Of a stretch of 64,000 nucleotides of DNA, positions 42,285 through 54,995 are shown one piece after another; the stretch's first letter is position 1; each line of letters starts with the position of its first letter. The notes under the pieces were generated by a model. It worked only from the letters and a program-made list of their open reading frames with translations, had not been told where the DNA came from and did not search any database. The position numbers were made by a program, and so were the translations under genes. The stretch is from the NCBI GenBank assembly GCA_963923955.1, contig OZ000552.1:870271-934270 (forward strand), given 5' to 3'. The DNA is from Gammaproteobacteria bacterium. GTDB taxonomy: Bacteria > Pseudomonadota > Gammaproteobacteria > Eutrophobiales > Eutrophobiaceae.

Positions 42285-42737
42285 ATGCGCACCAGGCTTA
42301 TCTGCGGTATCTTTCTGCTGCTCTTTTCTATTTCAGCGCAGGCTAAGGATGCGATTGTTATTAACGATGCCTGGATCAGCGAGGCACCGCCGACCGCCAA
42401 GGTCAACGCCGGTTATCTTTCTATCGAAAACAAGACCAATACAGAGATCCAACTAATAAAGGTTCGCAGTAATGATTATGGGCGGATCGAAATGCATCGA
42501 AGCATTATCGTTAATGAGACGGCACAGATGCGCACTCAGACATCGATCAGCATTGCGGCAAAGGAGCGCTTTGCGTTTCGCCCCGGCGGCTATCACCTGA
42601 TGCTGTTTGAACCGACCAAGTATTTCAAGGCGGGGGAAGTCATCGACCTGCAATTCGAATTTTCCGATGGTGCGACCATTCCGGTTCGTGCCGAGGTGCG
42701 TAAACTAAAAACGCCACATCATCACGCCCATCACTAA
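42285..42737 (+). CDS. Copper chaperone PCu(A)C (DUF461)
   Basis: Signal peptide, H(M)x10Mx21HxM-type motif (EMHRSII...ETAQMRTQ), His-rich C-terminus PHHHAHH; start trimmed to ATG 42285. Confidence 0.8.
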   Translation: MRTRLICGIFLLLFSISAQAKDAIVINDAWISEAPPTAKVNAGYLSIENKTNTEIQLIKVRSNDYGRIEMHRSIIVNETAQMRTQTSISIAAKERFAFRPGGYHLMLFEPTKYFKAGEVIDLQFEFSDGATIPVRAEVRKLKTPHHHAHH

Positions 42738-42747
42738 ACACCCGCGC

Positions 42748-43617
42748 ATGAAGATCAGGGACCGGCTCTTTGTCTTTATGCAGCGGCACCTGCCTCAACA
42801 CCTGCTCTCTGCGCTCATGTACAGGCTCGCTCGCTGCGAGTATTCATTGTGGAAAAATTCCCTCATCCGCATCTTTATATGGAAGTTCGAGGTCGATATG
42901 AAAATTGCAGCACAGGCAGAGCCGACAGGCTATCGGCACTTCAATGATTTTTTCACTCGCCGCCTGAAATGCGATGTGCGTCCTGTCGATCAGGCCAAAT
43001 CCAATGTGGTCTCTCCCGTTGATGGAGTCATCAGCCAGGCAGGCAAGATCGATGGCGATGCCATGCTGCAGGCCAAAGGGAAGTCCTATTCCTTGAAGGC
43101 CCTGCTGGCGAATGATGAGTCCTTGCGCCGGTCTTTTATGAATGGCCGTTTTATGACTGTCTATCTATCCCCCAGGGACTATCACCGCATCCACATGCCC
43201 CTCTCCGGGCGGCTGGTGAAGATGCTCTATGTGCCGGGCGATTTATTCTCGGTGAACGAGGTGACGACCGCCGCGGTGGAGCAGCTTTTTGCGCGCAATG
43301 AGCGCATCATCAACGTATTCAACACGCAAGTCGGCACGATGGCGCTGATCATGATCGGGGCGATCTTTGTCGGCAGCATGGAGACCGTCTGGGCTGGGCA
43401 GATTACGCCTGCGGGGCGGCGCGAGATCAAGCAATGGGATTATGACCCGGCCTCCCCTGAGATAAAATTGGACAAGGGCGAGGAGATGGGGCGTTTCAAT
43501 CTGGGTTCAACCGTGATCTTGTTATTCGAACCCGGGAAATGCGCCTGGCTTGATGAGATGAAGGCCGGCAGGATGCTGAGGATGGGACAAGCCATCGGCA
43601 CCGGAAGTTTTGATTAG
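42748..43617 (+). CDS. psd: Phosphatidylserine decarboxylase proenzyme
   Basis: FNDFFTRRLK, YHRIHMP, LGSTV cleavage motif (FNLGSTVIL). Confidence 0.9.
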   Translation: MKIRDRLFVFMQRHLPQHLLSALMYRLARCEYSLWKNSLIRIFIWKFEVDMKIAAQAEPTGYRHFNDFFTRRLKCDVRPVDQAKSNVVSPVDGVISQAGKIDGDAMLQAKGKSYSLKALLANDESLRRSFMNGRFMTVYLSPRDYHRIHMPLSGRLVKMLYVPGDLFSVNEVTTAAVEQLFARNERIINVFNTQVGTMALIMIGAIFVGSMETVWAGQITPAGRREIKQWDYDPASPEIKLDKGEEMGRFNLGSTVILLFEPGKCAWLDEMKAGRMLRMGQAIGTGSFD

Positions 43618-43644
43618 CTATTCAGGCACAGCAGAAGTACGCGC

Positions 43645-45084
43645 TTAGGCCCCCATCGCCCGCAGACAGGCCAGCATCAGCACGCCCGGCACGAAGCCCA
43701 GTGCCAACAGGGACAGGCCGTTGAGGCTGATGACAAGGCGCATCGGCCGTGAAGCCTTGATCGCCGTCATGTGTTCGGGCTTGTCGAAGTACATGAGCTT
43801 GACGATGCGCAGGTAATAATACGCGCCGACAACAGAAAGCAGCACGGCAAAGGCCGCCACGCCGATGTAACCGGCGGCGATCACTTCCATGATCACAAAC
43901 CACTTGCCCCAGAAGCCGATGAAGGGCGGCACCCCGGCCATGGAAAACATCAGGATCAACATGATAAAAGCAAACCAGGGACTGCGCTCGGAAAGGCCGG
44001 CGAAGTCTTCCAGCAGATCGGCCTCATAGCCCTTGCGCCCCAGCAGGATGATCATGCCAAAAGCCCCCATGCTCATCAGCGCATAGACCAGCACATAGAA
44101 CATTGCCCCGGCATAGCCGGAAGCCGTGCCGGAGAGGATGCCGAGTAACAAAAAGCCGATGTGGGCGATGGCCGAGTAGGCCAGCATGCGTTTGATGTTG
44201 GTTTGCGAGATGGCGATGATGTTGCCGGTGGCAATGGACAAGACTGCGAGGATCAGCAACATGCCCTGCCAGTCCGGTAGCAAGGCGGGCATGCCATCCA
44301 CAAGCAGGCGCATGGCAAAGGCAAAGGCGGCGATCTTGGGCGCGCTGGCGATGAACAAGGTAACGGGCGTTGGCGCGCCTTCGTAAATATCCGGCACCCA
44401 CATGTGAAAGGGCACCGCGCCCAGCTTGAATGCAATGCCGACAATGACGAAGACCAGCCCGAAGACCAGCAAGAGATCGGCTTGGGTCTGCCCGGCGATG
44501 TACTGCGCCAGGCGCGCCAATTCCAAGGTGCCGGAGATGCCGTACAACATGGAGATGCCGTACAAGAGCATGCCCGAGGCAATGGCGCCTAAGACAAAGT
44601 ATTTGATCGCCGCCTCCGATGCTGTTTCCGAATCGCGGTGCATGGCCACCATCGCATACAAGGACAAGGACAATAGTTCCAGGCCGAGATAGATCGTCAA
44701 AAGACTAGCGGCAGAGACCATCACCAACATGCCCAACACGGCGAACAGCCCTAAGACGAAATATTCCCCCTTGATGAGTTCATGTTCTTTTAGGTAATCG
44801 TAAGAATAAAAGAACACGACCACGACCACCGCGCAGATGCTGGTCTTTAACAACACGCTCATGGGGTCGCTGATGAAGTGATTGTTAAAGGCATAGACAG
44901 GCTGTGCTGGCGAATAATAAAAGACCAGGAAGCCGACGATGACCAGCGTTGACTGCGCCACGCAATAGAGCAGGAACTTGTCCTTGTCTTCGCCGAAGGT
45001 ATCCAAGATAAGGATCAGGCAGGCGAGCGCCAGCAAGACCATTTCCGGTAAGACAAAGATCAATTCCGCCGCCATCATCATCAA
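43645..45084 (-). CDS. nuoN: NADH-quinone oxidoreductase subunit N
   Basis: 479 aa antiporter-like subunit, last gene of the nuo operon. Confidence 0.92.
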   Translation of the reverse strand: MMMMAAELIFVLPEMVLLALACLILILDTFGEDKDKFLLYCVAQSTLVIVGFLVFYYSPAQPVYAFNNHFISDPMSVLLKTSICAVVVVVFFYSYDYLKEHELIKGEYFVLGLFAVLGMLVMVSAASLLTIYLGLELLSLSLYAMVAMHRDSETASEAAIKYFVLGAIASGMLLYGISMLYGISGTLELARLAQYIAGQTQADLLLVFGLVFVIVGIAFKLGAVPFHMWVPDIYEGAPTPVTLFIASAPKIAAFAFAMRLLVDGMPALLPDWQGMLLILAVLSIATGNIIAISQTNIKRMLAYSAIAHIGFLLLGILSGTASGYAGAMFYVLVYALMSMGAFGMIILLGRKGYEADLLEDFAGLSERSPWFAFIMLILMFSMAGVPPFIGFWGKWFVIMEVIAAGYIGVAAFAVLLSVVGAYYYLRIVKLMYFDKPEHMTAIKASRPMRLVISLNGLSLLALGFVPGVLMLACLRAMGA

Positions 45085-46601
45085 CCCGTCTTTGATTGCA
45101 ACATGTGTTGCAGCAGGTGTTCAAGGCTCGGCTGCATGACTTCCAGCAGCGGCGCCGGCCAGACACCGAACAGCAGCACGACAAAGGCCAGGGCCGCCAG
45201 CACTATCGTTTCCCGTGCGTTGATGTCTTGTAACTCGGCCACATCCTCGTTGGCCACCTCGCCGAAGATCACCCGCTTGTACATCCACAAGGTATAAGCC
45301 GCGCCCAGCACCAGCGTGGTGGCCGCCAAAAAGGCGATCCAGAAGCTCGCCTGGAAGCTGCTCAAGATTACTAAAAACTCGCCGACGAATCCGGAGGTGC
45401 CGGGCAGGCCGGCATTGGCCATGGCGAATAACATCATCAAGGCGGCGAACACCGGCATGGTGTTGGCCACGCCGCCATAGGCGCTGATCTCGCGGCTATG
45501 TACGCGGTCGTACATCACGCCCACGCACAGAAACAGGGAGGCGGAGATAAAGCCGTGCGAGATCATCTGCACCATGCCGCCCTGCAAGGCCATGATCGCG
45601 CCGCTGCTCTGCTGCGTGGTCGCAAACACGGAAAAGGCCACGAAAAAACCCAGCGTTACAAAGCCCATGTGCGAGATGGAGGAGTACGCAATCAGCTTTT
45701 TCATGTCCTGCTGCACCAGCGCCACAAAGCCGATATAGACAATCGCGATCAAGGACAAGACGATCATCAGCCCGTCAAAGGCGAGGCTTGCATCCGGCGT
45801 GATCGGCAGGCTGAAACGAAGAAAACCATAGCCGCCCATCTTCAACATAATGGCGGCCAAGATCACCGAGCCGCCGGTGGGGGCTTCCACGTGCGCATCG
45901 GGCAGCCAGGTATGCACCGGCCACATCGGGATCTTCACCGCAAAGGCGAGCAGGAAGGCGATGAAGATCAGCTTCTGCGCCGTTAGCGAGAGCGGCAGCT
46001 GGTGCAAGTCCAGGATATAAAAACTGTCCATGCGGGTATAAAGATACAACAGCGCCACCAGCATGAACACCGAGCCCAGAAAGGTGTAGAGAAAAAACTT
46101 GATGGTGGCATAGACGCGCTGCGGCCCGCCCCACACGCCGATGATCAAAAACATCGGGATCAACATCGCCTCCCAGAAGAAATAAAACAGGATGGCATCC
46201 AGCGAGGCGAACACGCCGTTCATCAGCCCTTCCAGGATCAAAAAGGCCGCCATGTATTGCGAGATGCGTTTTTCGATCACCTCCCAGGCGGCGAGGATGA
46301 CCAGGATGGTGGTGAAGGTGGTCAGCAGGATCAGCGGCAAGGCGATGCCGTCGATGCCTAAGTGATAATGAATGTTGAAGGCCGGGATCCAATTCGCCTT
46401 CTCGACGAACTGCATGGCATGGCTCGCCCGGTCGAATTGTTGATAGGCGATAACAGACAAGATAAACACCAGCACGGCAACGGCCAATGACAGGCGCTTG
46501 ACCGTCTCTTCCTGGCGGTCGCCGGCATACAGCACCCACAGACCGCCCAATATGGGTGCCCAGATCAGCAGGCTAAGCAGGGGCAGGTTCTCGAACATCA
46601 A
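45081..46601 (-). CDS. nuoM: NADH-quinone oxidoreductase subunit M
   Basis: 506 aa antiporter-like subunit; 4 bp overlaps with nuoL and nuoN. Confidence 0.92.
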   Translation of the reverse strand: MMFENLPLLSLLIWAPILGGLWVLYAGDRQEETVKRLSLAVAVLVFILSVIAYQQFDRASHAMQFVEKANWIPAFNIHYHLGIDGIALPLILLTTFTTILVILAAWEVIEKRISQYMAAFLILEGLMNGVFASLDAILFYFFWEAMLIPMFLIIGVWGGPQRVYATIKFFLYTFLGSVFMLVALLYLYTRMDSFYILDLHQLPLSLTAQKLIFIAFLLAFAVKIPMWPVHTWLPDAHVEAPTGGSVILAAIMLKMGGYGFLRFSLPITPDASLAFDGLMIVLSLIAIVYIGFVALVQQDMKKLIAYSSISHMGFVTLGFFVAFSVFATTQQSSGAIMALQGGMVQMISHGFISASLFLCVGVMYDRVHSREISAYGGVANTMPVFAALMMLFAMANAGLPGTSGFVGEFLVILSSFQASFWIAFLAATTLVLGAAYTLWMYKRVIFGEVANEDVAELQDINARETIVLAALAFVVLLFGVWPAPLLEVMQPSLEHLLQHMLQSKTG

Positions 46602-48577
46602 GCAAAGATCCCATGCACAAACACGCCCAGCAGCAGCAGCAGGCCGATGATCATGGCGAAGGCATAATCATAGAGATAGCCCGATTGCAGGGTGCGGATG
46701 AGGCCGGAGAACCAGCGTACCGCAAGCGCTGAGCCATTGACCAGCAGGCTGTCTATCAGGCGCACATCGCCGCTGCGCCAGAGCAGCCCGCCCAACCGCC
46801 GCGCCCCGCCGCTAAAAACCAGCTGGTTAAAGTCATCAAAGCCGTATTTGTTTAGCAAGATGCGATAAATAAGCGCCAAGCGCTGCGCCACTTTCTCAGG
46901 CCAGGCCGGGAACTTGACATAGAGCAGCCAGGCGAGAAGCACACCGGCGGCGGCCAAGTAAACCGGCGGATGCTTGAATGCGGTAAAGGTAAAGAACAGC
47001 ACACCATGATAATTCGCGCCGAGCCGCGCCAGCACATCATTCGCCGCCGTAACATAGATCGACCCGCCGAAATAATCGCCGAACAGCATAGCGCCGATCA
47101 GCGAGGCGCCGATAAGGACCGAGGGGATGGCGAGTGCCAGCAACGGCACGGTGACCACGGCGGGCGATTCGCGCAGCCGCTCCCAGGTATGCCTGTCAAA
47201 ACGCTCCTCGCCGTGGAAGGTCATAAAGAACAGGCGGAAGCTGTATAAGGCCGTGATAAAGACCCCGGCCAACACCGCATAATAAGCCAGCCCGGCCGCC
47301 GGCAGCGTGGAGTGATGCACGGCCTCTATGATCGCATCTTTGGAGTAAAAACCGGCAAAGGGCGGCAGGCCGATCAGCGCTAATGATCCGATCAGGCTGG
47401 TCAGCCAGGTGATCGGCATATAGCGATATAAGCCGCCCATCTTACGCATGTCCTGCTCATGGTGCATGGCGATGATGACCGAACCGGCGGCTAAGAACAG
47501 CAGCGCCTTGAAAAAGGCATGGGTTACCAGATGAAAGATCGCCGCTGCATAGGCCGATGCGCCAAGCGCCACGGTCATGTAGCCGAGTTGCGACAAGGTG
47601 GAATAGGCCACCACGCGCTTGATGTCGTTTTGCACCAGGCCAAGCAGGCCCATGAAAAAGGCGGTCACGGCGCCGATGCACAGGATCAGGTTGAGTGCCG
47701 TGGCCGAGAGTTCAAACAAGGGCGACATGCGCGCCACCATGAAGATGCCGGCGGTGACCATGGTGGCGGCGTGGATCAGCGCCGAGATGGGCGTCGGGCC
47801 TTCCATGGAATCGGGCAGCCAGACATGCAAGGGCACTTGGGCGGATTTGCCCATCGCGCCGATGAAGAGGCAGATGCAGATTACGGTCATCACCGACCAT
47901 TCATAGCCATTGATAAGCGACAGGGTCTCGCCTTCCAGCGCCGGTGCTTGCGCAAACACTGCGGCATAATCCAGCGTATTGAAGTACAGCAGCACCGCGG
48001 CGATGCCTAGCAGAAAGCCAAAGTCCCCCACGCGGTTGACCAGGAAGGCCTTTAAGTTGGCAAAGATGGCCGATTCTCGCTTGAACCAAAAACCGATCAG
48101 CAGGTAAGAAACCAGCCCCACCGCCTCCCAGCCGAAGAATAATTGCAGGAAGTTGTTCGACATTACCAGCATGAGCATGGCGAAGGTGAATAGGGAAATG
48201 TAGCTGAAAAAGCGCTGATAGCCGGGATCATCGTGCATGTAGCCGATGGTGTAGATGTGGATCATCAAGGAGACGAAGCTGACCACCACCATCATCGTTA
48301 CCGAGAGTTCATCGATCAGGAAACCGATCTCAAAGCAGTAGCTGCCCGCGATCAACCAGGTATAGACCGACCCGTTATACACCGCCCCGCCATCGAATAG
48401 TAAATGTTTGTAAGCGATGCAGGACAGGACGGTGGCGATGCCGACGCCGATGATCGTTACCCAGTGCGCGCCGCTGCGGCCGATGACCTTGCCGAACAGC
48501 CCGGCGATGACCGCGCCGAGCAGGGGCGCCAACACGATGCCCAGATAGACCTGCTGCATGGTCGCCGACATGTTCAT
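46598..48577 (-). CDS. nuoL: NADH-quinone oxidoreductase subunit L
   Basis: Start trimmed to [15 protein letters not shown] (ATGA overlap with the nuoK stop); the track ORF's 86 aa N-terminal extension is read-through in the nuoK region. Confidence 0.92.
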   Translation of the reverse strand: MNMSATMQQVYLGIVLAPLLGAVIAGLFGKVIGRSGAHWVTIIGVGIATVLSCIAYKHLLFDGGAVYNGSVYTWLIAGSYCFEIGFLIDELSVTMMVVVSFVSLMIHIYTIGYMHDDPGYQRFFSYISLFTFAMLMLVMSNNFLQLFFGWEAVGLVSYLLIGFWFKRESAIFANLKAFLVNRVGDFGFLLGIAAVLLYFNTLDYAAVFAQAPALEGETLSLINGYEWSVMTVICICLFIGAMGKSAQVPLHVWLPDSMEGPTPISALIHAATMVTAGIFMVARMSPLFELSATALNLILCIGAVTAFFMGLLGLVQNDIKRVVAYSTLSQLGYMTVALGASAYAAAIFHLVTHAFFKALLFLAAGSVIIAMHHEQDMRKMGGLYRYMPITWLTSLIGSLALIGLPPFAGFYSKDAIIEAVHHSTLPAAGLAYYAVLAGVFITALYSFRLFFMTFHGEERFDRHTWERLRESPAVVTVPLLALAIPSVLIGASLIGAMLFGDYFGGSIYVTAANDVLARLGANYHGVLFFTFTAFKHPPVYLAAAGVLLAWLLYVKFPAWPEKVAQRLALIYRILLNKYGFDDFNQLVFSGGARRLGGLLWRSGDVRLIDSLLVNGSALAVRWFSGLIRTLQSGYLYDYAFAMIIGLLLLLGVFVHGIFA

Positions 48578-48879
48578 CCCTTCATGGTGTCCAGATCGGC
48601 GACATTGATCGTGTTGCGCCGGCGAAACAGCACCACCAGGATCGCCAGCCCGATTGCGGCTTCTGCCGCGGCCACCGTGAGGATGAAGAAGACAAATATC
48701 TGGCCGGCGATGTCGTCTAAGAAATGGGAAAAAGCCACGAAGTTCATGTTCACCGAGAGCAGCATGAGTTCGATGCACATCAGCAGGATGATCACGTTCT
48801 TGCGATTGATGAAGATCCCGGCCACGCTGATGCAAAAGAGGATCGCCGCCAAGATGAGTATGTCTGTTAAAACCAGCAT
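48574..48879 (-). CDS. nuoK: NADH-quinone oxidoreductase subunit K
   Basis: 101 aa, three TM, ND4L-like. Confidence 0.9.
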   Translation of the reverse strand: MLVLTDILILAAILFCISVAGIFINRKNVIILLMCIELMLLSVNMNFVAFSHFLDDIAGQIFVFFILTVAAAEAAIGLAILVVLFRRRNTINVADLDTMKG

Positions 48880-48974
48880 GGACTTACCCTCTCAGCGCTG
48901 GCCCGGCAGGCAAGGCGAGCGGCGCGGCGATTGTGCCACTCGCACCACTTGCGCCGTCCGCCGAATACTGTGCT

Positions 48975-49580
48975 TCACGCATCACGCTTCTCCGCCTCCA
49001 TCTCGACCAGCCGCACACGCGCCTCCCGCTTCGCCGCCACCTGCATCTCCGGCCGCGGCGTCTTCAGGCTCTTCGGCTTGCGCATGGTCAGGCTAATCGC
49101 GGCGATAATGGCGACCAGCAAGATCGCACCGGCGATCTCAAAGGGATAGAGATAGTCGGTATAGAGCACACGCCCTAATTCAGCCGTGTTGCTGTAGTCT
49201 GGATCATCGCTCACCGCCAGCGCCGCCTGGCTTGTGTCAAAATAGCCGGAACCCAGCACCAGCCCCATGGCCACCATCATCAGCACGGCAAAGAACAGGC
49301 CGACCGGCAGAAAGCGCGCAAAGCCCTCCCGCAAGGGCGCCAAGTTAATATCCAGCATCATCACCACGAACAAAAACAACACCATCACCGCCCCGACATA
49401 GACCAGGATCAGGACGATGGCAAGAAATTCGGCATGCAAGAGCATCCAGATGACCGCAGATGAGAAAAAGGCCAGCACCAGAAACAGCGCGGCCAGCACC
49501 GGATTACGCACGGTTATCACCACGCAGGCCGAAGCAATCAACAACGCCGCAAAACAATAAAAGACAACTTGTGTGATCAT
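48975..49580 (-). CDS. nuoJ: NADH-quinone oxidoreductase subunit J
   Basis: 201 aa, ND6-like. Confidence 0.9.
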   Translation of the reverse strand: MITQVVFYCFAALLIASACVVITVRNPVLAALFLVLAFFSSAVIWMLLHAEFLAIVLILVYVGAVMVLFLFVVMMLDINLAPLREGFARFLPVGLFFAVLMMVAMGLVLGSGYFDTSQAALAVSDDPDYSNTAELGRVLYTDYLYPFEIAGAILLVAIIAAISLTMRKPKSLKTPRPEMQVAAKREARVRLVEMEAEKRDA

Positions 49581-49634
49581 TTTTTTAGTCTTTTTTCCTA
49601 ACTCACACGAAGCCCAATCCCCGCCCGGCTTGGC

Positions 49635-50123
49635 CTAGCGATAAAGCGCCTCTTCGGCGCGATCCGCGGCAATCTGCGCCTCGGCCTGGTCGCCGACTTC
49701 CAGCAGGCGCTCCTTCGTCATCAACAGATCGCTGCGCACCTCGCCGTGGTATTCAAAGATGCGCGTCTCCACAATCGAATCCACCGGGCAGGACTCTTCG
49801 CAAAAGCCGCAAAAGATACATTTGCTTAGATCGATATCATAGCGCGTGGTGCGGCGGCTGCCGTCTTCCCGTTGTTCGGATTCAATCGTGATCGCCAGCG
49901 CCGGGCAGACCGCCTCGCACAGCTTACACGCAATGCAACGCTCTTCCCCATTTGGGTAACGCCGCAGCGCATGCAGGCCGCGAAAGCGCGCCGACTGCGG
50001 TGTCTTTTCTTCCGGATACTGCACGGTAACCTTGCGCCGGAATAGATACTTGCCGGTCAGTTGCAGGCCCTTGAGCAACTCCCATAAAAACAAACTCTGG
50101 AGGTAATTTTTGATTACTTGCAT
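49635..50123 (-). CDS. nuoI: NADH-quinone oxidoreductase subunit I
   Basis: Two 4Fe-4S ferredoxin motifs [12 protein letters not shown] and [12 protein letters not shown]. Confidence 0.92.
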   Translation of the reverse strand: MQVIKNYLQSLFLWELLKGLQLTGKYLFRRKVTVQYPEEKTPQSARFRGLHALRRYPNGEERCIACKLCEAVCPALAITIESEQREDGSRRTTRYDIDLSKCIFCGFCEESCPVDSIVETRIFEYHGEVRSDLLMTKERLLEVGDQAEAQIAADRAEEALYR

Positions 50124-50142
50124 CTTTTCAGTTCACCCGATA

Positions 50143-51237
50143 TTAGTTAAACCACGGCGGCAGCCCGGCCACGACCAGGGCGCTGATGACCACGATCCAA
50201 ACGATGGTGATCGGCAGGAAGACCTTCCAGCCCAGGCGCATGATCTGGTCATAGCGATAGCGCGGGAAGGTAGCCCGAAACCAGAGAAACAGGAACAGGA
50301 AGGCCGAGGTCTTGGCCAGCAGCCAGAATATGCCGGGCTCGCCGATCAACGGCAGCCCTTGAAAGGGCGAGAGCCAGCCGCCGCAAAAAAGCAGCGCAGT
50401 CAAGACCGAGATCAGGATCATGTTGGCGTACTCGGCCATGAAGAAGATGGAAAAGGCCATGCCGCCGTATTCCACATGGAAGCCGGCCACGATCTCGGAC
50501 TCGCCTTCGGCCACATCAAAGGGCGCGCGGTTGGTCTCGGCCACGCCGGAAATAAAATACACCAGGAAGACCGGCAGCAAGGGCAGCCAGAACCAGTGCA
50601 GGATGCTGCCGCTCTGGGCGCGCACGATCTCGCCTAAGTTCAGGCTACCGGCGGCGATCAGCACCACCACCAGGGCAAAACCCATGGCGATCTCATAAGA
50701 GACGATCTGCGCTGCTGAGCGCATCGCACCCAAAAAGGCATACTTGGAGTTCGAGGCCCAGCCGGCGATGATGACGCCATATACGGCCAGCGAGGTCAGG
50801 GCCAGGATGTAGAGCAGGCCGGCGTTGATGTCGGCCAGCACTGCGGTGTCGTCAAAAGGGATGACCGCCCAGGCCGCCAGCGAGGGGGCGAGAGACAACA
50901 CCGGGGCGATGATAAACAGGCGCTTGTTGGCGCCGGTGGGGATGATGATCTCTTTGAAGATCAGCTTCACCGCATCGGCGATCGGCTGCCCCAGTCCGGC
51001 TAGGCGAAAGCCGAAAAAACCGACGCGGTTCGGCCCGATGCGCCCTTGAATAAAGCCGATCACCTTGCGCTCAGCATAGGTAATATAGGCCACGCTGAGC
51101 AGCACCGGGATCAGGATGGCGATGATCTTGATGATGATGTCCAGGGTATAGACGATCTCCTGCTCATAGCCACCCGGCACAAGCGAATGCACCAGAGGGC
51201 TAAGCAACTGCTTGCGGATAAACTCAAACATATTCAA
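50143..51237 (-). CDS. nuoH: NADH-quinone oxidoreductase subunit H
   Basis: ND1-like, GRIGPNRVG motif, 364 aa. Confidence 0.92.
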   Translation of the reverse strand: MNMFEFIRKQLLSPLVHSLVPGGYEQEIVYTLDIIIKIIAILIPVLLSVAYITYAERKVIGFIQGRIGPNRVGFFGFRLAGLGQPIADAVKLIFKEIIIPTGANKRLFIIAPVLSLAPSLAAWAVIPFDDTAVLADINAGLLYILALTSLAVYGVIIAGWASNSKYAFLGAMRSAAQIVSYEIAMGFALVVVLIAAGSLNLGEIVRAQSGSILHWFWLPLLPVFLVYFISGVAETNRAPFDVAEGESEIVAGFHVEYGGMAFSIFFMAEYANMILISVLTALLFCGGWLSPFQGLPLIGEPGIFWLLAKTSAFLFLFLWFRATFPRYRYDQIMRLGWKVFLPITIVWIVVISALVVAGLPPWFN

Positions 51238-53639
51238 ATCCGCTCCAGCGCGATCTCGCCAAACCAGGCGCCCAGGCCGGCGCTGGCCGGATGCCCGGCA
51301 TGAATAAGCACGGTCTCATCCGCCAAGTCGGGATCGATCCTTAGCGGCAACTCAAGGCTGTGTTCTTCTTGCGTAACCTTGACCGTATCGCCGCTCTTGA
51401 CGCCCAGTCGCTCGGCTAAGGCCCAGTTGATGTGCACCGTGCCATCGGCGACCTCGGCGGTTTGCTGCAACGCCGCGGCCCGTCTCAGCAGGCCATCGCC
51501 AGCGTTCATCGGTACTGTGGTGATTCTTTGTAATTTGCCATTCGCGCGGCCGAGCGCCTTTGGTCTGCGCCAAGCGCCAACATTGGCATTCGCATTGTTG
51601 GCAGCGCTAATTTCCCCGACCGCCGCATCCAACTCTGCTGCCACCTCGGCCAGGTCATGATAAGGAAAACCATCCAGACCAAAGCCATCGGCCAGCACGC
51701 GCAGGATCTTCCAGCCCGGGCGGCTCTCGCCTGGCCCGGCCACCGCACTGGTGAAATGCTGCCGCCGGCCCTCAATGTTAATATAACTACCGGTGTTCTC
51801 CGCATACACGCACAAGGGCAGCAGAACATCGGCGTAGTCCTCCAGCCCAGCAGAGCGGTACGGCGTGATGGCAATCACATGCTGCGCCGCCTGCATGGCC
51901 TCCAGCGCCAGCCGTCCATCGCAGCAGTCCAGTTCCGGCTCCACATTTAACAAGAGATAGGCGGATAACTTCTGCTCCAGCATGGCCAGGGCGGACAAGC
52001 CTTGCGCCTGGCCCTTACCGCCATGCGCCCCGCCCGACCCACTCGCGGAGTGGTCGGGCACGGCAGCGGCCACGGCCATGCCTAATGTGTTCGCCGCCTC
52101 GCCCAGATAGCCAAAGCCGGCTGAGGAAAAGGCCGCGATCTGGCCGGCCAGGTAACGCAGCGAGGATAGTTGCGGATGAGTCATTGCCACGCTGCCTAAA
52201 AACACGCCGGGGTTGTCCGCCGCCCGCAGCCGCTCGGCCACCGCCCCTTGTGCCTCGCTGACCACCACCCCGGCCAGCAGCTTCTCCAGCGCCGCATCGC
52301 TACGCGCCGGCAGCAGCGCCTTGGCGATGCCGGCCAAGGCGTTCACCCAGTCGCCGGGGGCGCAGCATAATTGCGCCGCCGCTGTAAAATTAAGCGCATG
52401 ACGGGCGGCATGTAAGAACATGATCTCAGCACCCCGCAGGGCCGCCTTACGCAGGCGGTGGTTCAGCAGGGGTTGCTCCTTGCGCGGATGGCCGCCTACG
52501 ATCAGGGCAGCGTCTAAGTGTTCTGAGTCGGCGATGGGCATGCCCAGCGTGGGGTAGCGCGGCGCCGACTCCTGATCGCTGAAATCAGACTGGCGCAGGC
52601 GATGATCGATATTCGGACAACCCAGGGCGCGCACGAGCTTTTGCAGCAAATACGCCTCTTCCGTGGTGGATGTTGGCGAGATCAGGGCGCCCAGCTGCTG
52701 CGGCCCTTGGGACTCGATGACCGCGCCAAGTCGCCCCTTGACCGCCTGCAAGGCCAGCGGCCAATCCACCTCCCGCCAGCTACCGTCTTCCTTGACCATC
52801 GGCACCGTCAGGCGCTCGGCGCTGTATAGCCCTTCGTAGCTGAAGCGATCCCGATCAGAGAGCCAGACCTCGTTGATCGCCTCGTTCTCCGCCGGCACGA
52901 TGCGCTTCACGCGCCCGTCCTTGATGTGAAAATAGAGATTCGAACCGACCGCATCATGCGCGGCGATGCCGGGGTGCTGCTGCATCTCCCAGGTGCGGGC
53001 GGAGTAGCGAAAGGGCTTGGAGGTGAGCGCGCCGACCGGACACAGGTCGATCACATTGCCGGATAATTCCGAGGCCATGCTCTTCTCGATATAGGTGCCG
53101 ATCTCCATGTCCTCGCCGCGCCCGGTCGCCCCCAGCTCACGCAGGCCGGCGATCTCTTCACCAAAGCGTACACAGCGGGTGCAGTGGATGCAGCGGGTCA
53201 TGTCGGTCTGCACCAGCGGGCCGATGTTCTTGTCCACCACCACGCGCTTGCCTTCCTGGTAGCGCGAGACATCGCTGCCGTAGCCCATCGCTAGGTCTTG
53301 CAATTCACACTCGCCGCCCTGATCGCAGATCGGGCAATCCAGCGGGTGGTTGATCAGCAGAAACTCCATGACGGATTTTTGCGCTTCCAGCGCCAGCTTT
53401 GATCGCGTCTTGACCACCATGCCGGGCATCACCGGCGTGGCGCAGGCCGGCAAAGGCTTGGGTGCCTTTTCCACCTCCACCAGGCACATGCGGCAATTCG
53501 CGGCCACCGACAGCTTGTGGTGATAGCAAAAGCGCGGCACATAGCTGCCGTTGGCATCCGTAACCTCGATCAGCATCTGCCCCTTGCGCGCCGGCAGGGA
53601 AGCGCCATCCACTTCGATCGTTATCGTATCTTCAGCCAT
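51234..53639 (-). CDS. nuoG: NADH-quinone oxidoreductase subunit G
   Basis: 2Fe-2S and 4Fe-4S Cys clusters ([32 protein letters not shown]); start trimmed to [12 protein letters not shown] (ATG 53639). Confidence 0.9.
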   Translation of the reverse strand: MAEDTITIEVDGASLPARKGQMLIEVTDANGSYVPRFCYHHKLSVAANCRMCLVEVEKAPKPLPACATPVMPGMVVKTRSKLALEAQKSVMEFLLINHPLDCPICDQGGECELQDLAMGYGSDVSRYQEGKRVVVDKNIGPLVQTDMTRCIHCTRCVRFGEEIAGLRELGATGRGEDMEIGTYIEKSMASELSGNVIDLCPVGALTSKPFRYSARTWEMQQHPGIAAHDAVGSNLYFHIKDGRVKRIVPAENEAINEVWLSDRDRFSYEGLYSAERLTVPMVKEDGSWREVDWPLALQAVKGRLGAVIESQGPQQLGALISPTSTTEEAYLLQKLVRALGCPNIDHRLRQSDFSDQESAPRYPTLGMPIADSEHLDAALIVGGHPRKEQPLLNHRLRKAALRGAEIMFLHAARHALNFTAAAQLCCAPGDWVNALAGIAKALLPARSDAALEKLLAGVVVSEAQGAVAERLRAADNPGVFLGSVAMTHPQLSSLRYLAGQIAAFSSAGFGYLGEAANTLGMAVAAAVPDHSASGSGGAHGGKGQAQGLSALAMLEQKLSAYLLLNVEPELDCCDGRLALEAMQAAQHVIAITPYRSAGLEDYADVLLPLCVYAENTGSYINIEGRRQHFTSAVAGPGESRPGWKILRVLADGFGLDGFPYHDLAEVAAELDAAVGEISAANNANANVGAWRRPKALGRANGKLQRITTVPMNAGDGLLRRAAALQQTAEVADGTVHINWALAERLGVKSGDTVKVTQEEHSLELPLRIDPDLADETVLIHAGHPASAGLGAWFGEIALERI

Positions 53640-53664
53640 TGCTCTTCGTTGCTCATTTGACCGC

Positions 53665-54975
53665 TCACGCCGCCTTGCTCGGCACACCGTCTAAGATGGA
53701 GCGGCCCTGGTGTTCGATCATGTATTCAAACTCGTGGCGGTAGTGTTTTAGGAAACTCTGCACCGGCCAGGCGGCGGCATCACCCAGGGCGCAGATGGTG
53801 CGGCCTTCGATCTTGTTCGCCACATCCACCAGCTTGTCCAGATCGTCGGTCACGCCCTTGCCGTCAATGATGCGCGAGAGCATGCGATACAGCCAGCCGG
53901 TGCCTTCGCGGCACGGCGTACACTGCCCGCAGGACTCGGCGTAATAAAAACGCGAGATGCGGCGCAGCATCCGGACCATGCAGGTGCTCTCATCCATCAC
54001 CACCACGGCGCCGGAGCCGATGGAGGAGCCGGTGATCTTCTGCACCGAGTCGTAATCCATATTCGCCTGCATCATCAACTCGCCCGGCACCACCGGCACC
54101 GACGATCCGCCCGGGATGACGGCCTTTAACTCACGCCCCTTCCAGACGCCGCCGGTCAGCGCCAGCAAGTCCTTGAACGGCATGCCCAGCGGCACTTCAA
54201 AGTTGCCCGGCTTTTCCACATGACCGCTGACGGAGAAGCACTTGGTGCCGCCGCTGTTTTCCACGCCCAGCTCGGCAAACCATGCCGCGCCGCGGCGGAG
54301 GATGCTGGGGACGGAACTGAAGCTCTCGGTGTTGTTGATCGTGGTCGGCCGCCCATAGAGACCGTATTGCGCCGGAAAAGGTGGCTTGAAACGCGGCTGG
54401 CCGGGCTTGCCTTCCAGGGACTCCAGCAGGGCGGTCTCCTCGCCGCAGATATAAGCACCGGCGCCCAGCGTGCCGTAAATATGGATGGTCAAGCCCGTGC
54501 CCATAATGTCCTCGCCCAGCAAACCCTCGGCGTAGGCCTCGGCCAGTGCGCCCTCAAAGCGCCGCCAGGGCTCGTCCATGAATTCGCCGCGGATGTAATT
54601 GTACGCCACGCTTGCGCCCATCGCATAGCAGGCAATCGCCAGCCCCTCAATCAGGGAGTGCGGGTTCAGGCGCAGGATGTCGCGATCCTTGCATGTCCCC
54701 GGCTCGCTCTCATCCGAGTTGCACACCACATATTTTTGCACCGGCGAATCCCCCGCCATGAAGCTCCATTTCAGGCCGGTCGGGAAACCCGCCCCGCCAC
54801 GCCCGCGCAGGCCCGATGCCTTGACCTCTTCGATGATGTCTTTGGGCGGGGTCTGCTCGGCCAAGATCTTTTTCCAGGCCTCATAGCCGCCGACCTTGGC
54901 GTAATTCGCCAGCGTCCAGGGTTGCTTGTACTTCAGCGTGGCGTAGCAGACCGCATTTAGTTTGTCGTCATTCAT
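53665..54975 (-). CDS. nuoF: NADH-quinone oxidoreductase subunit F
   Basis: FMN/NADH site [13 protein letters not shown], 4Fe-4[11 protein letters not shown]; 436 aa. Confidence 0.93.
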   Translation of the reverse strand: MNDDKLNAVCYATLKYKQPWTLANYAKVGGYEAWKKILAEQTPPKDIIEEVKASGLRGRGGAGFPTGLKWSFMAGDSPVQKYVVCNSDESEPGTCKDRDILRLNPHSLIEGLAIACYAMGASVAYNYIRGEFMDEPWRRFEGALAEAYAEGLLGEDIMGTGLTIHIYGTLGAGAYICGEETALLESLEGKPGQPRFKPPFPAQYGLYGRPTTINNTESFSSVPSILRRGAAWFAELGVENSGGTKCFSVSGHVEKPGNFEVPLGMPFKDLLALTGGVWKGRELKAVIPGGSSVPVVPGELMMQANMDYDSVQKITGSSIGSGAVVVMDESTCMVRMLRRISRFYYAESCGQCTPCREGTGWLYRMLSRIIDGKGVTDDLDKLVDVANKIEGRTICALGDAAAWPVQSFLKHYRHEFEYMIEHQGRSILDGVPSKAA

Positions 54976-54995
54976 CGTGTACTTGTTTTGGGAAA

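Noticed and set aside
48578-48835. 86 aa N-terminal extension of the nuoL ORF, and similar extensions on nuoG, nuoE, smpB, dapB and the PCuAC gene
   Set aside because: Extensions overlap upstream genes, lack conservation, and the proper starts sit at canonical ATGA/RBS positions
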